DNA of 64,000 nt from NCBI GenBank assembly GCA_036012755.1, contig DASCPX010000137.1, positions 32,001 to 96,000 of the forward strand, written 5' to 3'. The DNA is from Myxococcota bacterium. Its GTDB lineage: Bacteria; Myxococcota_A; UBA796; CAJQPC01. Positions 1 to 7,858 of this stretch are shown piece by piece. Below the pieces are notes generated by a model. The model was not told where the DNA came from, ran no database searches, and was given only the letters and a program-made list of their open reading frames with translations. The first letter of the stretch is position 1. Each line of letters starts with the position of its first letter. The position numbers and the translations under genes were made by a program.

Positions 1-748
1 GTCGGTTGGGGTCCTCGCGCTTGCCGGTGAGCCAGGGGAGGTCCTCGGTCGTCAGCGGGGGCAGGTCGCCGAACCAGGGCATGCCGGGGACCTCGGCTCG
101 CGAGTCCAGGTCGTAGTAGCGAAGGCGCAGGTTCTTTGCGATGTTCCAGGCGAGGTCGTTGCGCCGGATCAGCTCGGCGAGCTCCTCGTCGACGTCGTCG
201 TAGTACTGACCCCAGGACCCCTCCTCACGGAGCTCCGGCAACAGATCGGCTGCCTCGTGGGTCACGGCTCTGCACTCGTTGCGCAGGCGGATGACCTCTG
301 CGAGCTCCTCGATGTCGTCCTCGGGCACGAGCGGAAGGACCCAGGGGCGCTCCTCGGCGACCGACACCAGCTCCTGGGTGCGGCCACGGATGTTCCTCTC
401 GGTGAGCTGGTGGTGGAGCAGGCCCACGAGCTCGTCGGGGTCGAGCAGGCCCTCGAGGGTCTCTGTCTGCAGCAGCTCCTCCCACCTCCTCCCAGAGTCC
501 TGGAGTCGATGGAGGATCCTCCTGCGCTCCGCATCGTCGGTCCAGCGGGTCAGCGCCGAGCGAGCAACGGCCAGGCTCTGGCGCACGTAGCTGCGTTCTC
601 TGAGTACACCCCAGAGGGCCGCGCTTCGCCGAAGTCCGGGCCGGCCGTAGGCGAACCAGCACCAGCGCTTGCGAAGGCTCGCGAGCTCTCCGAGGTCCGC
701 CAGGGCCAGGCCGAGCTGGTGCTCGTGCTTGCGCGTCAGTCGCGCCAT
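1..748 (-). CDS. Hypothetical protein (MARLTRKHEHQLGLALAD...), 3' end runs off the window; last visible gene of the sigma-like operon
   Basis: My translation: ATG at 748 with GGAGG RBS, frame open to position 1, overlaps the stop of the upstream gene; not in the ORF track because it is truncated. Confidence 0.75.
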   Translation of the reverse strand, partial: MARLTRKHEHQLGLALADLGELASLRKRWCWFAYGRPGLRRSAALWGVLRERSYVRQSLAVARSALTRWTDDAERRRILHRLQDSGRRWEELLQTETLEGLLDPDELVGLLHHQLTERNIRGRTQELVSVAEERPWVLPLVPEDDIEELAEVIRLRNECRAVTHEAADLLPELREEGSWGQYYDDVDEELAELIRRNDLAWNIAKNLRLRYYDLDSRAEVPGMPWFGDLPPLTTEDLPWLTGKREDPNR

Positions 749-1749
749 GTGTCCTCCTGGTGGTAGACCTCGACGCCGGGCTCGGGGTGTCGTCCCAGCC
801 ACTTCGCGAAGTCGTCGATGGCGGCGGTCACTGCGAGGGGGTTGTAGGTGCGGCGGCGCTCATCGGCCTCGAGCCGCTTCTCCAGGGCTCCCACCCCCTG
901 GACGGGGCGGTAGCAGGTCCGGAGCTGGAAGAGGCGTCGCTTCTCCGGTGACAGGGACAGGGTGACGCCGTCGTCGTCGATGTAGCACTCGTTCTGGAGG
1001 CGACCGCGGGATCGCAACGAGTAGACGCAGTGTCGAGGTCGGAGCCCGGCTTGTTCCGCGGCTCGCCAGATCCGGTCTTCGTAGGCGGCGATGACAGCTG
1101 TCCCCGCCAGGCGGGCCTCGATGTGATCGAGCCAGCCTTCGATCCAGAGGCCGCGAGGTGGACTCTGCATGAAGCGGAAGGCCCTGCCCAGGGAGCGCCT
1201 CGCCGACTGGGACAGGCTGCGGTCGATCCAGGCGCAGAGTTCCATGAAGCGGGGGTCAGCAGCGGCCTCCTCGGTCAGGGCTCGGTCGCGGCGCAGAGCC
1301 TCTCGCACGTGCTCCCAGAGCCCTTCCCGGCAGAGCAGTCGCGCTCGCCTGCGCGCGGCCTTCGGCAGGCCAGCGGTGTTCCCCAGGATGTGCAAGCGCG
1401 CGTCATCGTTGGGGGATTCGTCCAGGAAGGCCAGGGTCACGTCGTCGAGGTCCAGCGGATGGCGGGCCAGCAGGACCTGGTGCGTGAAGAGCAGCTCGGG
1501 CTGTTGGCTGAGGGCCACGGCGCGCTCGTGGGCCTCCAGCACGTCTTGTGTGCAGGAGGTCCAGGTTCGCATCGTGTCGACCCAGCTCCGATCCAGCGTC
1601 GGCAGGTTCATCTCCAGGACCTCGCCCCAGTCCTCGCTGTCGCGCAGGACGTGCTTCAAGACGTGTCCCAGGAGCGCGGACCGGGGCATGGGCTGGACGT
1701 GGCGGAGGCTCAGCCGACCATCAGCCGTGCGACGGGGGAAGTCCTTCAC
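736..1749 (-). CDS. Hypothetical protein (~337 aa), possible effector
   Basis: GTG at 1749 overlaps the TGA of the upstream gene (GTGA) with GGGGAG RBS; protein-like sequence from VKDFPRR onward. Confidence 0.75.
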   Translation of the reverse strand: MKDFPRRTADGRLSLRHVQPMPRSALLGHVLKHVLRDSEDWGEVLEMNLPTLDRSWVDTMRTWTSCTQDVLEAHERAVALSQQPELLFTHQVLLARHPLDLDDVTLAFLDESPNDDARLHILGNTAGLPKAARRRARLLCREGLWEHVREALRRDRALTEEAAADPRFMELCAWIDRSLSQSARRSLGRAFRFMQSPPRGLWIEGWLDHIEARLAGTAVIAAYEDRIWRAAEQAGLRPRHCVYSLRSRGRLQNECYIDDDGVTLSLSPEKRRLFQLRTCYRPVQGVGALEKRLEADERRRTYNPLAVTAAIDDFAKWLGRHPEPGVEVYHQEDTWRD

Positions 1750-2273
1750 GAGGCTCCCCACCAGGCACCCTCTGCCTTCTTCGCGGCGAGGAGTCGTGGA
1801 TGTTCCAGGTCGAAACGCCGGGCCTGCAGTCGTCGGTCGAGGTCGTGGAAGCATGGAGCCGAGGCGCCGACATTGCGCAGCGCCACCGCCAGGCTCTCGA
1901 GCTCGTCTCGGCGCAGCAGGGCAGCGGGGTCCTCTGTATCCAGGGCCTCGGCTCGCTCGCCCACCTCGGCCACGAGGGCCGCGCGTTGCCGCTGGTCGAG
2001 GCGAGCCCACCAGTCGACGAGCTCGTTTCGCGAGGGCATGCCCTGGCCGGCGAGGAGTTGTCGCAGGCGGTCTCGGCGGCCCTCGGGGCTGGTCGCCCTG
2101 TCGAAGCGCTCGGCATGGCCCAGGGCCAGCAGGCCTCCGACCATGGTGCCTTCGGATAAAGCGACCTCGAGCTCGGCGTTGAGCCAGGTGGGAGCGTCCG
2201 GACAGAGCAGGTCCGGCCCGCGGAGTCCATTGGGCTCGGCGGGCTGGGAGTGCAGGCGGTCTATGTCAGTCAT
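1746..2273 (-). CDS. Hypothetical helical protein, candidate anti-sigma factor
   Basis: Coupled directly downstream of the sigma-like gene; RRDELES and C-terminal WWG motifs; function inferred from position only. Confidence 0.65.
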   Translation of the reverse strand: MTDIDRLHSQPAEPNGLRGPDLLCPDAPTWLNAELEVALSEGTMVGGLLALGHAERFDRATSPEGRRDRLRQLLAGQGMPSRNELVDWWARLDQRQRAALVAEVGERAEALDTEDPAALLRRDELESLAVALRNVGASAPCFHDLDRRLQARRFDLEHPRLLAAKKAEGAWWGAS

Positions 2274-3438
2274 TTCGGGTCTCCAGTACCCCGGCGACCA
2301 CGGCGTGGACCGTGTCGACCGGGTCTTCGTCTTCCTGCACGGACCGAGCCCGGAACCTGGTGTGGAGGAGGTAGGTGGCCAGCAGGCGCCAGGCCTGCTC
2401 TGCGTCGCGGTCCATGACGCGCTCTCGCCAGCTCGCCAGCACGGGCACCAGCTCTGCGCCTCCGGCGATCGCGAGCACGATCCGAGCTGCTTCGGTCCAG
2501 CGGAAGCCTCGTCGGACCAGCTCCAGCAGCAGGCTGGAGGGTGCCTCGACCAGGGGGGCCATGAGCAGCTCGATGGCGCTCTCCCGTGCCCGGCGGTCCG
2601 TGCGGTTCAGCGGGTCTCCCCGGCGCACGCGCTCGGAGAGGGCGGAGAGGGCTCTCCACTGACCCCTGGCCCGGGGGCGGGTCTTGGCAGCCTCTCGGAG
2701 GAAGGGGCCGATCAGCCAGGTCTCCACTGCGTCCTCGAGCGTGGTCGAGCCGAGGCTCGCCAGGATCTCCAGCTGCGCGCGCTCGTTCCAGCGGGCCTCG
2801 AGCTCTGAGTCGGGAGAGGAGGACGATGAGCAGGTCATGGCCTCCTCGCGCTCGCGGTCGGTGTGGTCCCGGGCGGCGATCTCCAGCGAGCCGGGGCCCG
2901 ACATCCTGTCGGTCAGCTGCTCGCTTCCGCCGCCCTTGGCTCGCCAGGCTCGGCTGAGCTCCTTCTGGATCGCGGTCCGGTAGTAGGACCGCAGGCGACC
3001 CGGGGTCGCTCCGTTGTGTCCGTGGCTGGTGGGGCAGCCCGGCACGCCGTCGAGGTAGCACGACGTCAGCAGCGCCTCGTGCGGCTCGCTGTCGTGGACG
3101 CAGGCCAGCACGTCGTCCAGGGGCACCTGGCGCAGTCCAGCGGAGGCCACGTCCTCGAGCACCTTGTCGCTCGGCCAGGCTTCTCCTTCCTTCGGCGTGG
3201 CGTTGGCCAGGCGGCCCAGGACCATCTGGCGCGTTCGGAAGAGGTTCAGCTGCGCCGTCTGGACGGCGTCCTCGAGGTCCACCCCCATGCTGATCGCTTC
3301 CGCCTTCAGCGAGGCTCCCAGCCTGCGGAACTCCGTGTCGATCGTCGCCCACGCTCCCAGGCGGTCGCGGCGGGCGTCGAAGTCGGGCTTCGACACCTCT
3401 CGCAGAGCGGTGACGAGGTCCAGGGTGGTTGCGTTCAA
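2266..3438 (-). CDS. Divergent ECF sigma-70-like factor with an insertion in region 2
   Basis: TTG start with GGAGG RBS; DLEDAVQTAQLNLFR and LRSYYRTAIQKELSRAWR resemble sigma region 2; GFRWTEAARIV resembles the region 4 HTH. Confidence 0.55.
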   Translation of the reverse strand: MNATTLDLVTALREVSKPDFDARRDRLGAWATIDTEFRRLGASLKAEAISMGVDLEDAVQTAQLNLFRTRQMVLGRLANATPKEGEAWPSDKVLEDVASAGLRQVPLDDVLACVHDSEPHEALLTSCYLDGVPGCPTSHGHNGATPGRLRSYYRTAIQKELSRAWRAKGGGSEQLTDRMSGPGSLEIAARDHTDREREEAMTCSSSSSPDSELEARWNERAQLEILASLGSTTLEDAVETWLIGPFLREAAKTRPRARGQWRALSALSERVRRGDPLNRTDRRARESAIELLMAPLVEAPSSLLLELVRRGFRWTEAARIVLAIAGGAELVPVLASWRERVMDRDAEQAWRLLATYLLHTRFRARSVQEDEDPVDTVHAVVAGVLETRND

Positions 3439-3455
3439 GACACCTCCGAGAGGGA

Positions 3456-3482
3456 TGAGGGGAGCCCTTCGTCCACCGGACA
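3456..3482 (-). promoter_or_regulatory. Putative ECF-type promoter P4 (TGTCCGGTG-N14-CTCA)
   Basis: Same 14-nt spacing as three other copies in the locus; immediately upstream of the RBS of 2266..3438. Confidence 0.5.
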
Positions 3483-3515
3483 GTTCGTGGGGACGAAGGG
3501 GGAGGCGTGACCTCC
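3465..3515. other. Perfect 10-bp inverted repeat CCCTTCGTCC/GGACGAAGGG plus a small GGAGG/CCTCC hairpin
   Basis: Arms at 3465-3474 and 3491-3500; second hairpin at 3501-3515. Confidence 0.6.
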
Positions 3516-3524
3516 GACCTCTCA

Positions 3525-3564
3525 GGGGGTGTGGGCTCCAGGATCCGGATGAAAAAAACTGGAC
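3525..3564 (-). promoter_or_regulatory. Putative ECF-type promoter P3 (CATCCGGAT-N14-CCCC), overlapping copy 1 of a 32-bp repeat
   Basis: 3533-3564 is 27/32 identical to 5966-5997. Confidence 0.55.
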
Positions 3565-3581
3565 TCAGCTGTGAACCCGCC

Positions 3582-5675
3582 TCAGTAGCCGATCTGTGAG
3601 GCCATCTCGGACAGGCCGTCGGCCTCGGACTCGACCGCCTCGATCCAGGCGGCGAGGACCTCGTCGATCCTGGTTGCGAATGACGGCAGGTCCCCTCGGT
3701 AGCGCCGCGCTGCCTGGAGGAAGCCCTTCTTCTTCTTCGGGCGGCGACCCAGCAGCAGGTCCGCTCGTGGATGGTGGGCCGCGACCTCCAGCCACGCGGC
3801 GAGGCCCACGAGCTCGAGCACGGTCGTGCTCGGGAGCTTCAAGAGGGCCGTGAGCGTGCGCTCCGCAGCCGCGGGGTCTCCGGTCTCGGCCTGCAGCGCC
3901 GCCAGCTGCCGGCGGATGCCATGGGCCGGGTAGCCGAGCCCGGCCTCTGTGACCCAGGAGTCCCCGGCGCAGCGAAGGCCGAGGGGGTCCCTGGCGATGC
4001 GGGTCAGGCGCAGGAAGTGCAGCAGCGCGAAGCCCCGGGGAAAGCCTGGCAGTCCCTCGATGTGGTCCAGGATCATCTCCCGGGTCGCGGTGGGCTCCAT
4101 GCCGATGCCTCGAGCCAACCAGGCTCCGGCCTCGTCGAGGTTTCCGGCCCAGGTCTCGAGCTGGGCCCGGTACTGGCACTGGCGCTGGATCTGCGTCGGC
4201 TCGCCGAACTCGGAGAGCGCCTGCTCGGAGAGCGCCCGGGCCTTCTCGAAGCGCGAGGGGTCCCGCAGGCCAGCGTACATCTCGGCCTGCAGCTGGGTCC
4301 CCAGGGCCTTCGCCCGCTGGGCGGAGTGCTGCACGACTCCCTCGACGAGATCCGCTGCGAAGGCGGCGAGTCCCTCGTGGTGGGCCTGGAGGTTGGACAT
4401 CGCCGTCGACGCCACGTCGTGCTCCAGGCAGTCCGTGTGGTGAACGGCCTTGGCGACCAGGGCCTCGCTCACGAGCTCGAGGTGCTCCTGCCGAGCCAGG
4501 ACCGAGGGCAACAGCGCCTCCACGCGGTGGACGTGGCCCCGTGCGTCCTCGAGGCGGCCGTCGTGGTTCGCCGCCGTCAGGCGCCAGCGGCACAGTGCCA
4601 GCTCGAAGGCTGGAAGGCTCGGGCCCTCGACCCGCCCTTGGAGGCCCTCGACCAGGGTCCGACTCAGCCAGGTGGCGACTCGCTCTCCGACCACCAGGTC
4701 CCGTTGGGTCTCGATGATCGTGTCGAGCCAGTGCTCGAGCTGCTGGAGCTGCACGGCCCTGGCGGGTCCGCCCATCTGTGCGAGTCGCGCCAGGGCAGGC
4801 TCGATTCGTCTTTGCGCTGCCCTGCGGAAGCCCTCGGTCGTGCTCTCGGCCACGAGCATCGGCGTGAGGAGCTGCAGCGCTCGGGCGACGGCCCCATCGG
4901 CCAGGGCCTCGTCGGCCTGCTCCACGAGCGGTCGCACCTCCAGGCTCCAGTCGGTCTCGCCGAAGGCCCTGCGCAGGGCCTCCTCTGCCCTGGGCTGTAA
5001 GGGGGAGAAGTCGTCGTGGCTGCCGTGGCTCAGGAAGTCGGCCAGCTGTAGGCCCCGGTCCTTCACAGAGCGGAGCTGCACGCGAACCGACCAGCCAGCG
5101 GCCTCTTCCGCCAGTCCGCGTCGGATTGCCGTGAAGCCCAGGTGCTCCCGCACTCGGCGCTGGAAGTCCTCTTCCTTCATCAGCTCGGGGATGTCGAGCT
5201 CCTCGTCGACGGTTCCGATGCGCACGTTCCCGCAGATCACTCGCAGCTCGACGCGCTCGGCTCCCTTGCGCCGGTGGTGATCCAGCAGGCGCACGACGAG
5301 CTCGGCGACGGCGTTGGTCTGGTTGGCGACCCGGTCTCCCCAGCTCACTCCTTCCAGGTTCGCCAGCCGCACCGCTCTCCAGCCTCGCACCTCCAGGGCC
5401 GCCTCCAGCTTCGGGAACGCGGCCTGGTAGCGGCCAGGATCCTTCTGCTTGAGGTCCACGGCGTGCGCGATCGCCGGGAGCTGGCCGCCGAGGATCTGTC
5501 GGAGCACCTGCTCGGCGTCGCGCTTGAGCTCGCCTGCCGGGGCGCAGACCCCCGCCAGCTGCGAGGGAAAGCGCCGCCGGGACAGATCGGCGCTCAGCTT
5601 TTCTCGAGGTTCCGTCGAGGTCTCTGAGAACTGTCCGCTCTCGTCGAGGAACAGCTCCAGCTTCAAGACGGCCAC
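3582..5675 (-). CDS. RNase H-like (DUF3800-type) domain fused to a TPR-like helical region
   Basis: N-terminal LFLDESG and LQLADFLS motifs; C-terminal Ala/Leu-rich helical repeats; GTG start 7 nt after TAGTCT. Confidence 0.65.
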   Translation of the reverse strand: MAVLKLELFLDESGQFSETSTEPREKLSADLSRRRFPSQLAGVCAPAGELKRDAEQVLRQILGGQLPAIAHAVDLKQKDPGRYQAAFPKLEAALEVRGWRAVRLANLEGVSWGDRVANQTNAVAELVVRLLDHHRRKGAERVELRVICGNVRIGTVDEELDIPELMKEEDFQRRVREHLGFTAIRRGLAEEAAGWSVRVQLRSVKDRGLQLADFLSHGSHDDFSPLQPRAEEALRRAFGETDWSLEVRPLVEQADEALADGAVARALQLLTPMLVAESTTEGFRRAAQRRIEPALARLAQMGGPARAVQLQQLEHWLDTIIETQRDLVVGERVATWLSRTLVEGLQGRVEGPSLPAFELALCRWRLTAANHDGRLEDARGHVHRVEALLPSVLARQEHLELVSEALVAKAVHHTDCLEHDVASTAMSNLQAHHEGLAAFAADLVEGVVQHSAQRAKALGTQLQAEMYAGLRDPSRFEKARALSEQALSEFGEPTQIQRQCQYRAQLETWAGNLDEAGAWLARGIGMEPTATREMILDHIEGLPGFPRGFALLHFLRLTRIARDPLGLRCAGDSWVTEAGLGYPAHGIRRQLAALQAETGDPAAAERTLTALLKLPSTTVLELVGLAAWLEVAAHHPRADLLLGRRPKKKKGFLQAARRYRGDLPSFATRIDEVLAAWIEAVESEADGLSEMASQIGY

Positions 5676-5704
5676 GGGGTGGAGACTACCGCCCCGCCCT
5701 TCGC

Positions 5705-5902
5705 TCAGGGGTTCACGTCGATGTCGAAACATCCGGGCTGCTCCGGGCACTCGTCCCAGTTCTCCGTGTCCCCGTGGAGGGGGCGGAGGGCGCCGAGGAT
5801 GACTCCGTCCTCTTCCATGGCTCGCGCGGCCTCGACCAGGTCCAGCTGGCGGTAGCCGTTGGCGCGGTTGAGGCGGAGCACGATCTTGGATTCGAGGTCC
5901 AT
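5705..5902 (-). CDS. Small hypothetical protein (65 aa, MDLESKIVLRLN...)
   Basis: Strong AAGGAG RBS and an upstream promoter-like motif. Confidence 0.65.
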   Translation of the reverse strand: MDLESKIVLRLNRANGYRQLDLVEAARAMEEDGVILGALRPLHGDTENWDECPEQPGCFDIDVNP

Positions 5903-5957
5903 GTCTTCTCCTTTTGGGTGTGTCGGCAGCGGCCCATCCGTTGCTTCCACCCTTTCT

Positions 5958-5997
5958 GGAGGAGCGGGCTCCGGGATCCGGACAAAGAAATCTGGAC
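5958..5997 (-). promoter_or_regulatory. Putative ECF-type promoter P2 (TGTCCGGAT-N14-CTCC), overlapping copy 2 of a 32-bp repeat
   Basis: Motif and spacing match P1, P3 and P4. Confidence 0.55.
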
Positions 5998-6018
5998 GAC
6001 CCGTGTTTTCATTGGCCG

Positions 6019-6843
6019 GTGCCTGTCGATCTGGCCACGCTCGCGCCGCTGTTGCGGGGGACCTATGGGGGTCGAGATGCGGCCGCGGCGGTGATCTGGG
6101 AGCACGGCCTCCCCACGATCCAGCGCATCGCGAGGAGGCTGCACCAGAAGAGCCCTGGTTTCTTCTCGCGGCATGTCGGCAACGCCGAGGCCCTGGGCAT
6201 GGAAGCGGTGTCGGAGCTCATCCGCCGGGCCGAGGAGGAGCAGGGCCTGCCGCTCGACAACAACTGGGCTCGCGGCGACAGCTACCTCGCGCGCGCGACC
6301 CTGGACACCATCCGGGCCCTCGCGAAGCGGTACCGCCTCCAGGAAAAGCGGGAGTCCAGCGCGGCTGGCGAGCCCGAGCTCGAGCTCGACCGACCCTGGT
6401 TCGACCGCGTGGGCACGCACGATCGGTTGCGGTCGAGGCTGCACACCGACGAGCCCTTGAGCCGGGACCGGGCCCTGGGCCTGCTGGTCGAGGTCCTTGC
6501 CGCAGTGAAGGGCTTCAAGGCCCTGGCATACCTGCTGGACCGCTTCCCCCCTGGCGTGGATCGCCCCCTGGTCTCGCGGGCCTCGTCGGACTCCACCGCC
6601 ACCCGGGGCCTGGCCCGCCCGGAGCCCGAGACCTGGGAGCTCCTGGTGGACTGGCGCGAGCGCCATGGGCGGCTCACCGTCTTCGCCGCAAACCGAGGTG
6701 TCGCCTGGGTCCTTCGCACATCCGATCAGACGAACGCCGAGACCTTCTACCTCAAGCACCGGGCGGCCATGACCACCGCCATGGACGCGGTCCTGTGCTG
6801 GCGCAGGGACGTCGAGGCCCGGCTTGGGGAGGCGCTGTCGTGA
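6019..6843 (+). CDS. Divergent ECF sigma-70-like factor
   Basis: LPTIQRIARRL...NAEALGMEAVSELIRR...SYLARATLDTIRALAKR resembles region 2; VAWVLRTSDQTNAETFY resembles the region 4 HTH; start uncertain (GTG 6019). Confidence 0.55.
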   Translation: MPVDLATLAPLLRGTYGGRDAAAAVIWEHGLPTIQRIARRLHQKSPGFFSRHVGNAEALGMEAVSELIRRAEEEQGLPLDNNWARGDSYLARATLDTIRALAKRYRLQEKRESSAAGEPELELDRPWFDRVGTHDRLRSRLHTDEPLSRDRALGLLVEVLAAVKGFKALAYLLDRFPPGVDRPLVSRASSDSTATRGLARPEPETWELLVDWRERHGRLTVFAANRGVAWVLRTSDQTNAETFYLKHRAAMTTAMDAVLCWRRDVEARLGEALS

Positions 6844-6848
6844 TCTTC

Positions 6849-6875
6849 TGTCCGGATTCGCCGGCTCGGTGCTCC
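6849..6875 (+). promoter_or_regulatory. Putative ECF-type promoter P1 (TGTCCGGAT-N14-CTCC)
   Basis: Lies between the sigma-like gene and the candidate anti-sigma gene, upstream of an AGGAGG RBS. Confidence 0.55.
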
Positions 6876-6895
6876 TACGTCACCAGGAGGCTCCG

Positions 6896-7858
6896 ATGAT
6901 CGACCGAGCAGACCTCGTCCAGCGTCTTCGCAGCCGCGGCGCCCTGGCGCTGCAGGGCCTGCGTGGCGCGCCGACCGTCGAAGCCCTGCGCGTCGCCGGC
7001 GTGGCCGAGCTCCTCGGCGAGGCCGACTGTCCGAGCGATCTGCGCACCCTCCACGCCGAGCTCAGGGCCGCGCCCCTGCCCGACCGCCCTGCCCTGATGC
7101 CCTTGAGCTTCCAGCTTCGGGACGGGGATCTTCGTGAGGACGACCTGCTCGACTTCCTGGTGCTCAGCGCCCTCGCGCCGCGCCTGCCTCCCTGGGCAGC
7201 GGAGCGAGCCCAGGACGCGCTCGACGACGTGCTCATCGAGGCCGAGGACCACAGGGATCTGCTCGCCAGGGCAGAGGAGCTCCGCGTCCAGCTCGGGCCT
7301 GCCTCGGGCACGCCGCTGGCTGACCTGCTGCAGGACCTCGACGCCCTGCGGCGAGACACGGCGCTGGTGCCCACGGAGCTGCTCGCCGCGGCGTTCCAGC
7401 CTCGAGGTCTCGGCGCCTGGGCTGCCGTGCTGCGTGCCTCGATGGCGGACCTCGCAGAGGAGTTGCGCGAGCGGGCCGCCGAGTTCGCCGACGAGCTCGC
7501 CCAGCTCGGCGCTCAGCCCCAGCTCGTCACCGCGGACGAAGGCCTCGGTCTGCCCAGCGCTGACGTGCTCGTCTACTGCGATGGGGACAACGAGGTCTTC
7601 CTCGCGTGCTCCCGCCAGCGGCTCTACCTGGAGGTCCGGGGTCCCTGGGCTGCCGATCTCACGGTGCGGATCGGCGTGATCACCCTTGACCAGGTCCCGC
7701 CCTTGTCGCCCGACGACGAGGACGTCGTGACCTGGGCGCTGCCAGATGACCCGGGAACCCCGATGGCTCCTGACATCGGCCACGGTGGAGCTTCCACGCA
7801 CAAGCTCTTCCTCGACATCCCGGACGAGGGCAGCATCGCGCTCCCGATCCGCCTGTGA
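6896..7858 (+). CDS. Hypothetical protein, candidate anti-sigma factor or protease substrate
   Basis: ATG 6896 with AGGAGG RBS; helical N-terminus and beta-rich C-terminus; sits between the sigma-like and protease genes. Confidence 0.7.
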   Translation: MIDRADLVQRLRSRGALALQGLRGAPTVEALRVAGVAELLGEADCPSDLRTLHAELRAAPLPDRPALMPLSFQLRDGDLREDDLLDFLVLSALAPRLPPWAAERAQDALDDVLIEAEDHRDLLARAEELRVQLGPASGTPLADLLQDLDALRRDTALVPTELLAAAFQPRGLGAWAAVLRASMADLAEELRERAAEFADELAQLGAQPQLVTADEGLGLPSADVLVYCDGDNEVFLACSRQRLYLEVRGPWAADLTVRIGVITLDQVPPLSPDDEDVVTWALPDDPGTPMAPDIGHGGASTHKLFLDIPDEGSIALPIRL

